DNA from: Rubricoccaceae bacterium
Lineage (GTDB): Bacteria; Bacteroidota; Rhodothermia; Rhodothermales; Rubricoccaceae
Assembly: GCA_046292345.1 (NCBI GenBank)
Contig: JBKBRC010000006.1
Span: 12,473 to 75,802, forward strand
Direction: 5' to 3'
DNA length: 63,330 nucleotides
Positions within the stretch are counted from its first letter, which is position 1; each line of letters opens with the position of its first letter. A program made the translations under genes and the position numbers. The notes beneath the pieces were generated by a model. That model saw only the letters and a program-made list of their open reading frames with translations. It searched no databases and was not told the DNA's origin. Shown one piece after another: positions 53,455-63,169 of the stretch.

Positions 53455-54657
53455 TCAGAAGCGGTGCACGAGCAGGCCGCTGCGCAGCTTGGGCTCGAAC
53501 CAGGTAGACTTGGGCGGCATCAGTTCCCCGGCGTCCGAGACGTCGAGCAGTTCTTCGGGGCTCGTGGGGTACATCGAGAACGCCACGTCGGCCTCGCCCG
53601 CGTCCACGAGGCGCTCGAGCTCTTCAGTACCGCGGATGCCGCCCACGAAGGCGATGTTGGTATCGGTGCGCGGGTCCTTGATGCCGAGCATGGGCTCGAG
53701 GATGAACTCGGCGAGGCAGGCCACGTCGAGCGTGTCGGCCACGCCGTCGCGCTCGGTTTGCGGAAGCGTGAGCTGCATCCAGCCGTAATCCTCGCCGAGG
53801 TAGAACGCGACCACGCCCGGCTCCTCGGGCTCGGCAAAGAGCGCCTCCTCGACGTCGAAGCGGCGGCGGAGCTGCTCGAGGAACTTGACCTTCCCGACGG
53901 GCAGCTTGCGCACGACGCGGTTGTAGGCCATGATCTCCATCTGCTCCACCGGGAAGAGCACGCCCGGGAAGAACTGCGCGCCCTCGACGTCGGGCAGTTC
54001 GCGCGCGACGCGGCTGGCCGCGGCCGAGCGGTGGTGCCCGTCGGCGACGTAGAGCACGTCCACGTCCCGAAAGGCCTCCGAGATGGCCTCCGCGTCGGCG
54101 ATTCGCCAGAGGGTGTGCTGCACGTAGTCGCGCGCGCGGAAGTCGTAGAGCGGTTCCTGCTGCATGGCCGCCTCGACGGCCTCGTCGATGGCATCGAGCC
54201 CGCGGTAGGTGAGCATGACCGGCTCGGCGTGCGCGCGCTGCGTGAGGATGTGGCGCGTGCGGTCGTCCTCCTTGTCCGGGCGCGTGCGTTCGTGCTTGAG
54301 GATCACGTCGTCGTCGTACTCCCTGGCCGAGACGAGGCCGAAGATGCCCGTCTGCGCCCGGCCGTTCATGACGAGCCGGTAGACGTAGAGCGCGGGCTCG
54401 TCGTCCTGCACGAAGGCCTCGCTCTCGGCGAGCGCGCGCAGGTTCTCGGCACCGCGGGCGTAGACCTCGTCCGCGTGTTCGTCCGTGCCCGGCGGCAGGT
54501 CGATTTCGGGGCGCACCACGTGCAGGAACGAGTACGGGTTGCCGGCGGCGAGTTGCCGGGCTTCGTCGGACGAGACGACGTCGTAGGGGACGCAGGCGAC
54601 GCGTTCGGCGTGGTCCGGGTGAGGACGCAGCGCGCGAAACGGGCGGACGGTTGCCAT
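53455..54657 (-). CDS. DUF1015 domain-containing protein
   Basis: N-terminal MATVRPFRALRP...VPYDVV and LYVADGHHR blocks, typical of DUF1015. 400 aa. Confidence 0.8.
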   Translation of the reverse strand: MATVRPFRALRPHPDHAERVACVPYDVVSSDEARQLAAGNPYSFLHVVRPEIDLPPGTDEHADEVYARGAENLRALAESEAFVQDDEPALYVYRLVMNGRAQTGIFGLVSAREYDDDVILKHERTRPDKEDDRTRHILTQRAHAEPVMLTYRGLDAIDEAVEAAMQQEPLYDFRARDYVQHTLWRIADAEAISEAFRDVDVLYVADGHHRSAAASRVARELPDVEGAQFFPGVLFPVEQMEIMAYNRVVRKLPVGKVKFLEQLRRRFDVEEALFAEPEEPGVVAFYLGEDYGWMQLTLPQTERDGVADTLDVACLAEFILEPMLGIKDPRTDTNIAFVGGIRGTEELERLVDAGEADVAFSMYPTSPEELLDVSDAGELMPPKSTWFEPKLRSGLLVHRF

Positions 54658-54792
54658 GGTGGAGTACGGAGGGCCGGTGGCCGTTGGCGAAGGTGGCGCG
54701 AAGATACCCGCGACGGGCGCGTCGTATCACGCGGGCGGGCAGGGCCCATCTGCCCTGCCTCCGATTTCTTCACATCCGACGCACACGAGCAC

Positions 54793-54821
54793 TTGCGGAC
54801 AGCTCTGTGTCGCCGTATCTT
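54793..54821 (+). promoter_or_regulatory. Sigma-70-type promoter TTGCGG-N17-TATCTT
   Basis: -35 at 54793-54798 and -10 at 54816-54821 with a 17-nt spacer. It ends 12 nt before the mature tRNA 5' end. Confidence 0.5.
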
Positions 54822-54833
54822 GGGCGTCCACAC

Positions 54834-54905
54834 TGCGGGGTGGAGAAGTGGTATCTCGTCGGGCTCATAACCCGAAGATCGCAGGTTCGAATCCTGCCCC
54901 CGCGA
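54834..54905 (+). tRNA. Initiator tRNA-fMet (anticodon CAT)
   Basis: Cloverleaf folded by hand: 7-bp acceptor stem, D arm GAGA/TCTC with A11:U24, anticodon arm UCGGG-CUCAUAA-CCCGA (three G:C pairs as in E. coli tRNA-fMet) and T arm GCAGG-TTCGAAT-CCTGC. The 3' end reads ACC-G, so CCA is not fully encoded. Confidence 0.9.
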
Positions 54906-54909
54906 CCGC

Positions 54910-54947
54910 GCGCGCCGGCTCTCCCCGAGGGCCGGCGCGCGGCTTTT
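54910..54947 (+). terminator. Rho-independent terminator after the tRNA
   Basis: GCGCGCCGGC (54910-54919) pairs with GCCGGCGCGC (54931-54940), with extra inner pairs, followed by GGCTTTT. Confidence 0.75.
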
Positions 54948-55073
54948 GAGCCGACCCGGGGCGCCGCCGATCAGAGAAGACGCCGCCCGGCACTGGCAAC
55001 GCAGCACCGGGCGGCAGAACGGGTTGGGCCGGTGGCCTTCCTTCTGTCTTGAGCAGGTTAGGCCCTGGGCAGG

Positions 55074-55544
55074 TCAGCCCAGTCCCAGGGTACGCGGCAT
55101 CCCCACGCCGAAGCGCGGCAGGTACATCAGCACGAGCATCACGAGCCAGAGCGTGTGCCCGATGCCGATCGCCATTCCGAGCCGGCCGCGCGCCACGTCG
55201 GCCTCAGGCGTGCCAAGCCCTTTGACGAGCTGGCCCCAGGCGGGCTGGAGCAGCAGGAAGTGCACACCGATCAGGAGGAGCCCGAGCGTGATTGCCGTGT
55301 GGTATGGCCAGCCGTACACGCGCACGCTGCCACCGGTCAGGAAGTTGCCCACGGCGACGACGTAGAACCCGACGAGGGCTACGCCCATGATGAGCAGCAC
55401 CCGCCGGCCGAGAGCTGCCACGGGCGCCCCGCCGTCAGCCATGGCTGAGCGGGCGAGCGCGGGCAGGGCCAGCCCGAGCCCGAACCACGCCGCCGCAAGG
55501 ACGACGTGTAGGAAGATGAGCGAGACGTGCAGGACGGAGTTCAT
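55074..55544 (-). CDS. Hypothetical integral membrane protein (about 4 TM helices)
   Basis: Hydrophobic segments throughout (LIFLHVVLAAAWFGLGLAL, LLIMGVALVGFYVVAV, ITLGLLLIGVHFLLL, HTLWLVMLVLMYL). High GC3. Confidence 0.65.
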   Translation of the reverse strand: MNSVLHVSLIFLHVVLAAAWFGLGLALPALARSAMADGGAPVAALGRRVLLIMGVALVGFYVVAVGNFLTGGSVRVYGWPYHTAITLGLLLIGVHFLLLQPAWGQLVKGLGTPEADVARGRLGMAIGIGHTLWLVMLVLMYLPRFGVGMPRTLGLG

Positions 55545-55580
55545 GCAGGCGGTGGAAGGTGAGCGCGGAGCACCCGCAAC

Positions 55581-56825
55581 TTACCGGACCGCACGCAGGT
55601 TCTGCCCGCCGCGGTGCTGCACGCGGAATGCACCGGTGTCCTGGCCGTTGTACGAGCGCACGACGAGCGTATACGTGCCGGTCTGCTCGGCCGTGAACGC
55701 CACGAACGCGTCGCGCCCGAACGTGCCGTGCCCGCTGTCGTCGTTGTAGGCGACGCTGTTGCCAGCGCCATCGAGCACCTCGGCCACGGCGTCGAAGTCG
55801 TCGGAGATGACGAGCGCGTCGAACGTATCGCCGGCATTCATGCGGAAGGTGAACCGCGCGCCCGATCCGGACGCAGACGCGAGATCCGCTGCCGTGAGCA
55901 TGGCCCTCACGACGGGCTCGTCGCCCGTGTACTCCTCCCAGCCCTGCTGGCCGAAGTCGAACATCTCGAAGCCGTCCTCGCCGTCGTAGTAGAAGTCGTC
56001 TTCGAAGGCCGGCTCCTCGTAGGGCTCGAGCAAGCCGCTCGCAGAGCTCAGGGTATAGGAGCCCGACGCGGCCTGCGCGAACGGCCGCACGCGGAGCACG
56101 TACGTGCCCGCGCGCGGCGCGCGGAAGGCGAGGCGGGCGCTCACGCCCGGCCCGCTGTCGTCGTCTTCGGCGAGCGCGCGCTGGCCGCGCTGCGCGTCCT
56201 CGGCGCTGCCGTAGATCTCGAGGTACGTGTCCATCTCATCGCTCTCCGCATCGAACGTCACCTCCTGCCCGGCGCGCAGCGAGACCGTGTAGAAGTCCGC
56301 CGGATGCCCCGAGGGAACCAGGTAGCTGGCGTCGCTGAGGTTGCCCTGGACCGTGCGGCCGAGCGCAAAGGCAACCGGCCGGAAGGTCTGTGCGGTCTCC
56401 GTGACGCGGAGCGCGTAGTAGCCCGAGCCCTGGCCGGCGTACGAGCCCGCAACTACGATCAGCGTCTGGCCCGTCCCGACGAGGCGGACGCGGCTGTTCG
56501 TGTTTTCGCCCCCGTCGTCGTCCTGCATGAGGAGGGTCCAGGCGTCTGCGCGCTGCCGCGCATCCCCCTCGAGGACGCGGAGCACCGGGTCGAAGTAGCT
56601 CGACATGAGGTCGATCTGGTACACCTGCCCGGCGCGCGTCGCGAGCGTGTAGGCATGCTCCGGGCCGTCCGAGTCCGGCAGAATGGCGGATCCGGCCGAG
56701 GTCAACTCGGCGGACACCTCGCGCCCGGCGGTGAGTGCGCCGCGGATCGTCTGCGCCTGCGCCGTCGCAGCGCACCCTAGGACGAGCAGCGCGATCAGTA
56801 CGGACCGGGATGAATCGACAGACAT
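55581..56825 (-). CDS. Secreted protein with three pre-peptidase C-terminal (PPC)-like domains
   Basis: Signal peptide MSVDSSRSVLIALLVLGCAATAQA and three ~110-aa modules with the ..Y.(L/V)....G....D..S..D..L.. pattern. Start taken at the internal ATG at 56825. Confidence 0.55.
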   Translation of the reverse strand: MSVDSSRSVLIALLVLGCAATAQAQTIRGALTAGREVSAELTSAGSAILPDSDGPEHAYTLATRAGQVYQIDLMSSYFDPVLRVLEGDARQRADAWTLLMQDDDGGENTNSRVRLVGTGQTLIVVAGSYAGQGSGYYALRVTETAQTFRPVAFALGRTVQGNLSDASYLVPSGHPADFYTVSLRAGQEVTFDAESDEMDTYLEIYGSAEDAQRGQRALAEDDDSGPGVSARLAFRAPRAGTYVLRVRPFAQAASGSYTLSSASGLLEPYEEPAFEDDFYYDGEDGFEMFDFGQQGWEEYTGDEPVVRAMLTAADLASASGSGARFTFRMNAGDTFDALVISDDFDAVAEVLDGAGNSVAYNDDSGHGTFGRDAFVAFTAEQTGTYTLVVRSYNGQDTGAFRVQHRGGQNLRAVR

Positions 56826-56935
56826 GATTTTGAAGGGCTTGGATGGGGGGCGGACTGCTTGCCCGCGCAAGGTAGTCACCGCGCTCCGAAGAATCGTCAG
56901 CTTCGACGTACCGGAACGGAAGACGCAGGACGAGG

Positions 56936-57688
56936 CTACAGCGCTACGCGTAGGCGCAGCAAGAGTGGAGCCGCCTCGGAGGACGATGCCTGGTCCGGGA
57001 GCGCACGCCCGGCCGCAACGGCCGCCGCCGAGCCCAGCAGCGCGCCCGCGAGCACGTCCGAGGGGTAGTGCACGCCGTGCCACACGCGCGCAAGACCCGC
57101 CGACGCCGCCCAGGCAAACGCGGGCACGGCGACGTACCACTCCGGATAGGAAAGGCTCGCCGACGTGGCGACGGCGAACGCGAGCGCGGTGTGCCCCGAG
57201 GGGAACGACGCCCGATCCGGGTCGCGCCGCGTCCCGGCGTCGCGCGAGGCGATCCCCTCCAGGACGGTATAGGGCCTCGGGCGGGCGACGACCCGCTTGA
57301 GCACCACCGCGCTGAGGGTGGCCGTCCCCTCGGCGAGCACCATGCGCGCGGCCGGGCGCAGGCTCTCGCCCCGGGCGAGCGCGCCGGCGGCCAGCGCCGG
57401 CGCCGCAGCGGCGTAGACCGGGTAGGCACCCGCGTTCACCTGCCGCATCCATCCCTCGAAGGCAGGAGCCTCCGCCGCGTAGACGAGGCGCAGCAGGCGC
57501 ACGTCCGGGGAGCCGGCGGACACCCGAACGGTATCCACAGCCGCGACCGACTCGGCGACGGCGATCGCCGGGGCGGTGAGCAGCGCCGGCGAAGAAAGAA
57601 AAGCCTCCGGCGACGCACCGGGGGACTGTGCCGCGCCGGAAGGGCCAGCGGCCAGCACCGCGAGAAGGACCGCCGCGAGGCGCGCCAC
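56936..57688 (-). CDS. PAP2-family phosphatase
   Basis: Acid phosphatase motifs KRVVARPRP, PSGH and ARVWHGVHYPSD. The GTG at 57688 is preferred, because the ATG at 57724 would overlap the upstream gene by 31 nt. Confidence 0.75.
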   Translation of the reverse strand: MARLAAVLLAVLAAGPSGAAQSPGASPEAFLSSPALLTAPAIAVAESVAAVDTVRVSAGSPDVRLLRLVYAAEAPAFEGWMRQVNAGAYPVYAAAAPALAAGALARGESLRPAARMVLAEGTATLSAVVLKRVVARPRPYTVLEGIASRDAGTRRDPDRASFPSGHTALAFAVATSASLSYPEWYVAVPAFAWAASAGLARVWHGVHYPSDVLAGALLGSAAAVAAGRALPDQASSSEAAPLLLRLRVAL

Positions 57689-57693
57689 GCCGT

Positions 57694-58059
57694 TCAGAGC
57701 GAGAAAGACTCGCCGCAGGCGCACGTCCGCACAGCCTGGGGATTTTCGAAGTGGAAGCCCTTGCCTTCAAGGCCGTCCGTGAAGTCGAGCGTGGTGCCCT
57801 CCACGTAGGCCAGACTGCGCGGGTCGAGTAGAATCCGGAACTCGGCGACCTCGACGAGTTCGTCGGCGTCGCCGCGCGTCGTGTCCCACCCGAGGTCGTA
57901 CGTGAGCCCCGAGCAACCGCCTGGCACGACCGCTACGCGCAGATACGTCTGGCCGAGGTCCGTGCCGTCTTGCGCGGCCACGGTGCGAAGGCGCTCGAGC
58001 GCGCGCGCGGTCACCGAGAGCACAGGGGGGTCTTGAACGAGAGCGGCCATGGGTTGCAA
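57694..58059 (-). CDS. HesB/IscA/ErpA-family iron-sulfur cluster insertion protein
   Basis: LRVAVVPGGCSGLTYDL and C-terminal CACGESF, giving the three conserved cysteines. Confidence 0.88.
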   Translation of the reverse strand: MQPMAALVQDPPVLSVTARALERLRTVAAQDGTDLGQTYLRVAVVPGGCSGLTYDLGWDTTRGDADELVEVAEFRILLDPRSLAYVEGTTLDFTDGLEGKGFHFENPQAVRTCACGESFSL

Positions 58060-58123
58060 AAGCAGACCTGCAGAGGATCAGGCGGCTGGCGAGGAGCCAG
58101 CGAGCGAAGGAGACTGGAACAAC

Positions 58124-58149
58124 CGGCCGCACCGGGCGGCCGCACCGGG
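58124..58149. repeat. 13-bp tandem duplication CGGCCGCACCGGG x2
   Basis: Two perfect copies in the erpA-like/sufB divergent spacer. A 6-3-6 inverted repeat GCAGAC-TGG-GTCTGC lies at 58205-58219. Confidence 0.88.
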
Positions 58150-58382
58150 AATCCAGACCGGAGAATCCGTATTGAGCGGAACTTAACCAGGCACGGGCAA
58201 CTGCGCAGACTGGGTCTGCATAACATCGGAGCAAGCACACAGTTTCGCCCCTCGCGGCGGCTTCACGCGGCTTCTCCGGCGTCCACCCGAGCCTGCGGCG
58301 CGGCGCCGGGCTACCGCCGCCCAGCGCTGGAACGAGGCCCATTCGCGCACGGTTCGCTTCCTCCCCCCGCCCCACCCGACCC

Positions 58383-59846
58383 ATGAGCACGTACACCGAG
58401 CACGATTTCTTCGAGGACGTCGCCGAGCAGGGCTACAAATACGGCTTCGTGACCGACGTCGAGGCGGAGAAGGCGCCCAAGGGCCTCTCCGAGGAAACGG
58501 TGCGCTACATCTCCTCGCGCAAGAACGAGCCCGACTGGCTGCTCGAGTTCCGCCTGAAGGCGTTCCGCCACTTCGAGAAGCTGCTCGCCGAGAGCGGCGA
58601 GCCCTCGTGGGCGCATCTGGACCTCCCCGAGATCGACTACCAGGACGCGTACTACTACGCCGCGCCGGGCAAGAAGGCGCGCTACGAATCCATCGACGAG
58701 GTGCCGCAAGAAGTCCTGGACTCGTTCGAGAAACTCGGCATCCCGCTCGCCGAGCGCGCGCGCCTGGCCGGCGTGGCCGTCGACGCGGTCATGGACTCGG
58801 TCTCGGTCGCGACGACGTTTAAGGAGGAGCTCGCCGCGCAGGGCATCATCTTCTGCTCGTTCTCCGAGGCCGTCGAGCATCACCCCGACCTGGTGCGACG
58901 GTACATGGGCTCGGTCGTGCCCTACACGGACAACCTGTTCGCGGCGCTCAACTCGGCCGTCTTCTCCGACGGGTCGTTCTGCTACATCCCCAAGGGCGTC
59001 CGCTGCCCGATGGAGCTCTCGACCTACTTCCGCATCAACGAGGCCAACACGGGACAGTTCGAGCGGACGCTGCTCGTCTGCGACGAGGGCGGCTACGTGA
59101 GCTACATGGAGGGCTGTACCGCGCCCATGCGCGACGAGCACCAGCTGCATGCGGCCGTCGTCGAGATCGTGGCGCATGCTCACGCCGAGGTCAAGTACTC
59201 GACGATCCAGAACTGGTACCCTGGCGACGCCGAGGGCCGCGGCGGCATCTTCAACTTCGTCACCAAGCGCGGCCTCTGCGAGGGCGCGCACAGCAAGATC
59301 ACGTGGACGCAGCTCGAGACGGGCTCGGCCATCACCTGGAAGTACCCTTCGTGTATCCTCAAGGGCGACCACTCGGTCGGCGAGTTCTACTCGGTCGCCT
59401 TCACGAAGGACTACCAGCAGGCCGACACGGGCACGAAGATGATCCACCTGGGCAAGAACACCCGGAGCACGATCATCTCGAAGGGCATCTCGGCCGGGCA
59501 CTCGAACAACTCGTACCGCGGGCTCGTCCGCGTGAACAAGAAGGCTGCCGGAGCGCGCAACTTCTCGCAGTGCGACTCGCTTCTGATCGGCGACCGCTGC
59601 GGCGCGCATACGTTCCCCTACATCGAGATCCACAACGACACGGCCAAGGTGGAGCACGAGGCGACAACGTCCAAGGTGGGCGAGGAGCAGATGTTCTACT
59701 GCCAGAGCCGCGGCATCTCGGAGCAGGACGCGCTCAACCTGATCGTCAACGGCTACGCCAAGGAGATCCTGGCCAAGCTGCCGATGGAGTTCGCCGTCGA
59801 GGCGCAGAAGCTGCTCTCGGTCCAACTCGAAGGCTCCGTCGGCTGA
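58383..59846 (+). CDS. sufB: Fe-S cluster assembly scaffold protein SufB
   Basis: [43 protein letters not shown] and a C-terminal beta-helix region. Confidence 0.95.
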   Translation: MSTYTEHDFFEDVAEQGYKYGFVTDVEAEKAPKGLSEETVRYISSRKNEPDWLLEFRLKAFRHFEKLLAESGEPSWAHLDLPEIDYQDAYYYAAPGKKARYESIDEVPQEVLDSFEKLGIPLAERARLAGVAVDAVMDSVSVATTFKEELAAQGIIFCSFSEAVEHHPDLVRRYMGSVVPYTDNLFAALNSAVFSDGSFCYIPKGVRCPMELSTYFRINEANTGQFERTLLVCDEGGYVSYMEGCTAPMRDEHQLHAAVVEIVAHAHAEVKYSTIQNWYPGDAEGRGGIFNFVTKRGLCEGAHSKITWTQLETGSAITWKYPSCILKGDHSVGEFYSVAFTKDYQQADTGTKMIHLGKNTRSTIISKGISAGHSNNSYRGLVRVNKKAAGARNFSQCDSLLIGDRCGAHTFPYIEIHNDTAKVEHEATTSKVGEEQMFYCQSRGISEQDALNLIVNGYAKEILAKLPMEFAVEAQKLLSVQLEGSVG

Positions 59847-59989
59847 TCGCCGGTGCCCGCCGGCGGCGGGTCCCTGCCGGCCAGGCGCCCGCCGCCGGCG
59901 AATCTGCCCGGGCGGGTCCGCGCCGCTCGCCCTTTCGCTGCCGATGCCGCTGGCGCAGCGCCCGCGGCTCCACCCAGAACACCCTACGC

Positions 59990-60754
59990 ATGGCACTGCT
60001 CGAAATCAACAACCTGCACGCCTCCGTCGAGGAGCACGACATCCTGAAGGGCCTCTCGCTTGAGGTCAGGCCCGGCGAGGTCCACGCCATCATGGGTCCC
60101 AACGGCTCCGGCAAGTCCACGCTCGCCGGCGTGCTGGCCGGGCGCGAGGACTACGAGATCACCGAGGGCTCGGTCATGTTCAAGGGCGAGGACCTGCTCG
60201 AGATGGCCCCCGAGGAGCGCGCTCGCGAGGGGCTCTTCCTCGCGTTCCAGTACCCGATTGAGCTACCCGGCGTGAGCACAACGCAGTTCCTCAAGACGGC
60301 CGTGGCCGCCGTGCGCGAGCACCGCGGGCTGCCGCCGCTCTCGGCCGGCGACTTCCTGAAGCTGCTCCGCGAGAAGGCCGAGTTCGTCAACCTCGACTAC
60401 AAGCTGGTGCAGCGCGCCGTCAACGAGGGCTTCTCGGGTGGCGAGAAGAAGCGCGCCGAGATCTTCCAGATGGCCGTGCTCGACCCGCAGCTGGCGATCC
60501 TCGACGAGACCGACTCCGGGCTCGACATCGACGCGCTGCGCGTCGTCGCCGACGGCGTCAACAAGCTGCGCTCGCAGGATCGCTCGTTCGTGCTCATCAC
60601 GCACTACCAGCGCCTGCTCTCCTACATCGTGCCCGACGTGGTGCACGTGCTCGTGGACGGGCGCATCGTGCGCACGGGCGGCAAAGAGCTCGCGCTCGAG
60701 CTCGAAGCGAAGGGCTACGACTGGATCCGCGAGGACGCGGGCGTCGCCGCCTGA
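59990..60754 (+). CDS. sufC: Fe-S cluster assembly ATPase SufC
   Basis: Walker A GPNGSGKST, FLAFQYP, signature FSGGEKKR and Walker B ILDETDSGLD. Start taken at MALLEINNLH. Confidence 0.95.
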   Translation: MALLEINNLHASVEEHDILKGLSLEVRPGEVHAIMGPNGSGKSTLAGVLAGREDYEITEGSVMFKGEDLLEMAPEERAREGLFLAFQYPIELPGVSTTQFLKTAVAAVREHRGLPPLSAGDFLKLLREKAEFVNLDYKLVQRAVNEGFSGGEKKRAEIFQMAVLDPQLAILDETDSGLDIDALRVVADGVNKLRSQDRSFVLITHYQRLLSYIVPDVVHVLVDGRIVRTGGKELALELEAKGYDWIREDAGVAA

Positions 60755-60783
60755 ACCCGCCTGCCCCACCCTGCTCCTCTGCC

Positions 60784-62088
60784 ATGACCGACTCTCCGCC
60801 GCTTTTCCAGCAGGCGCTCGACGCCTACGAGCGCGCCTACGCCGGCGACGGGGCCCCGCGCCCCTTCGCCGACGCCCGCGCCCGCGCGCGCGAGGCCTTC
60901 GCGCGCCTCGGGCTGCCTACGCGCCGCCTCGAGGCCTGGAAGTACACCGACCTCCGCCGCGCGCTCGCCCACGACTACGCGTTCGCGCCCGAACCGCCCC
61001 CCCTCTCCCCCGCCGACCTCGACGCGTTCCGGCTGCCCGGCCACGACGGGCCGGTCGCCGTGCTCGTCAACGGCCTCTTCGAGCCGGGCCTCTCCAATCT
61101 CTCCGGGCTGCCGGCGCGCGTCACCGTCGCGTCGCTGCGCGAGGCCGTCACGGCGCACGCCGAGGTCGTCGCGCAGCACCTCGGCCGCTACGCCGATGCC
61201 GAGACGGACGCGTTCACGGCGCTCAACAGCGCCTTCGACCTCGACGGGCTCTTCGTGCATGTGCCGCGCGGCGTCGCGGCCGAGCGGACGCTCCACGTGC
61301 TGCACGTCACGACGGCCGCCGAGCCGGCGTTCGTGCAGTCGCGGCACCTGTTCGTGGCCGAGGAGGCGAGCCAGCTCTCGATCGTCGAGACGCACCACGT
61401 GCTCGGCCGCGCGCCCACGTTCGGCAACCTGCTCGCCGAGGCCTTCGCCGGCCGCGCGGCCGTGCTCCGGCACGTGCGCCTGCAGCGCGAGGGCGACGAG
61501 GCGCACCACGTGACGCGCTTCCAGGCGCAGCAGGAGGCACAGTCGGACCTGACGGCGCTCACGTTCACGTTCGCCAGCGGCATCGTGCGTAACAACGTCG
61601 CGCTCGTACTCGCTGGTGAGGGCTGCCAGACGACGCTCGCCGGCGTTTACGTCACGCACGGCGAGCAGCACGTGGATACGTCCACGTTCATCGACCACGC
61701 CGCGCCCGGCTGCACCTCCAACGAGCTCTACAAGGGCATCCTCTACGACCGCTCCACGGGCGTCTTCAACGGCAAGGTGTTCGTGCGCCGCGAAGGACAG
61801 CAGACAAACGCCTACCAGCAGAGCCAGGGCGTCGTGCTCTCGCCCGAGGCGCGTCACTTCTCGAAGCCCGAGCTCGAGATCTACGCCGACGACGTCAAGT
61901 GCTCGCATGGCTCCACGACCGGATCGGTGGAGCCGGAAGGGCTGTTCTACCTGCGCGCCCGCGGCGTCTCCGAAGCCGACGCGCGCGCCCTGCTGCTCTA
62001 CGCGTTCGCGCATGACGTCGTAGAGATGATCCCGATGGAGGCGCTTCGCGACCACGTGGACGCGCTCATCACTGAGCGTCTCAAGTGA
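60784..62088 (+). CDS. sufD: Fe-S cluster assembly protein SufD
   Basis: EAWKYTDL, then the C-terminal SufBD beta-helix (HAAPGCTSNELYKGIL, QQTNAYQQS, ADDVKCSHGSTTG, FYLRARG). Confidence 0.92.
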   Translation: MTDSPPLFQQALDAYERAYAGDGAPRPFADARARAREAFARLGLPTRRLEAWKYTDLRRALAHDYAFAPEPPPLSPADLDAFRLPGHDGPVAVLVNGLFEPGLSNLSGLPARVTVASLREAVTAHAEVVAQHLGRYADAETDAFTALNSAFDLDGLFVHVPRGVAAERTLHVLHVTTAAEPAFVQSRHLFVAEEASQLSIVETHHVLGRAPTFGNLLAEAFAGRAAVLRHVRLQREGDEAHHVTRFQAQQEAQSDLTALTFTFASGIVRNNVALVLAGEGCQTTLAGVYVTHGEQHVDTSTFIDHAAPGCTSNELYKGILYDRSTGVFNGKVFVRREGQQTNAYQQSQGVVLSPEARHFSKPELEIYADDVKCSHGSTTGSVEPEGLFYLRARGVSEADARALLLYAFAHDVVEMIPMEALRDHVDALITERLK

Positions 62089-62162
62089 CCTGCACGGCGC
62101 TCCCTCCTTTTGCACGAAGGGCAGGCCGCGCAGCCCAACCTTCTCGCCCTCCTCCCACGCCC

Positions 62163-62534
62163 ATGTCCGATTCCGTCATCGAGCGCGACTTCCTCATCGA
62201 GGGCCGGGAACCGGCGGACCTGAGCCCGCTCGAGGAGCAACTCGTTGCCGTCATGCAGTCGGTCTACGACCCTGAGCTGCCCCTTCCTATCTGGGACCTC
62301 GGCCTGATCTACGGCTGGACGATCGCGCCGGACGGAGGCGGCGCAGACGTGACGGTGCGCATGACGCTCACGGCGCCCAACTGCCCTGCCGCAGAGACGC
62401 TCCCGGCCGAGGTCGAGCAGGGCGTCAACGCCGTCGAGGGCGTGGCGCGCGCGCACGTCGAGATCGTGTTCACGCCGCCGTTCAGCCTCGAGATGCTGAC
62501 TGAAGAGGCCCGCCTCACGCTCGGGCTCGCCTGA
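62163..62534 (+). CDS. sufT: SufT/DUF59 (MIP18-family) Fe-S assembly protein
   Basis: VYDPELPLPIWDLGLIY and MTLTAPNCPAAE (conserved Cys). Start taken at MSDSVIE. Confidence 0.82.
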   Translation: MSDSVIERDFLIEGREPADLSPLEEQLVAVMQSVYDPELPLPIWDLGLIYGWTIAPDGGGADVTVRMTLTAPNCPAAETLPAEVEQGVNAVEGVARAHVEIVFTPPFSLEMLTEEARLTLGLA

Positions 62535-62711
62535 ACCCCGGGGGCCGACCCGCCGCGGCGCGTCCCAGTGTGTGGACGCCTGTGTATGGCCCGCCGAGGC
62601 GGCACGCTCGGGTTACACGCTGGCCGGGTGAGGCGGCTTCTCGCGATGTGGCACGGCCGCTGGAGAGCGCGGGCGTACACCGGACGCGCCGGTGCGCCAC
62701 CACTCCACCCG

Positions 62712-63149
62712 ATGCCGCTCACCCCACCGCTTTCCACGTCGCCCCTTCATCTGGCCGAGCGCGCCCTGCGCAAGCCTTCGTCTGCCGTATGGCTGCGAAG
62801 CGTGCGCGTGCGCACAGCCCATTTCGACGAGGCGCTTGCCTTCTACACGTCGGCCATCGGGCTGACCCTCGGCGCGCTCGACGCGCAGGCCGGCACGAGC
62901 CGCCTGCGCGCGCGCCTGCTCGACGCCGAGGGCAACGCCGTCTTCGAACTGCTCGAGACCGACGCTCCTCCGGCGACCCTCGCACACGAGCTCGCCTTCG
63001 GCATGCCGCTCCGCTCCTGGCAGCTGCTGCGCGCCCGCCTGGACAATGCCGGCATCGCCTACCGCGCGGCCGGTACCACGCTCTACCTGCACGACGTGGA
63101 CGGCACGCCGCTGCGCCTCGAATCCATCGCCGACGGCCACGCGGGTTGA
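62712..63149 (+). CDS. VOC (glyoxalase/bleomycin-resistance) family protein
   Basis: A beta-alpha-beta-beta-beta module can be read from the sequence: VRVRTAHFDEALAFYTSAIGL...FELLE...HELAFG...LHDVDGTPLRL. The start is uncertain (ATG at 62712 chosen). Confidence 0.55.
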   Translation: MPLTPPLSTSPLHLAERALRKPSSAVWLRSVRVRTAHFDEALAFYTSAIGLTLGALDAQAGTSRLRARLLDAEGNAVFELLETDAPPATLAHELAFGMPLRSWQLLRARLDNAGIAYRAAGTTLYLHDVDGTPLRLESIADGHAG

Positions 63150-63169
63150 TCGCGGAGGCGGGCCAATCG

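Noticed and set aside
54366-55052. ORFs 54366-55007(-), 54651-55052(+) and 54656-54949(+).
   Set aside because: They run across the initiator tRNA gene and its terminator, and their translations have no features.
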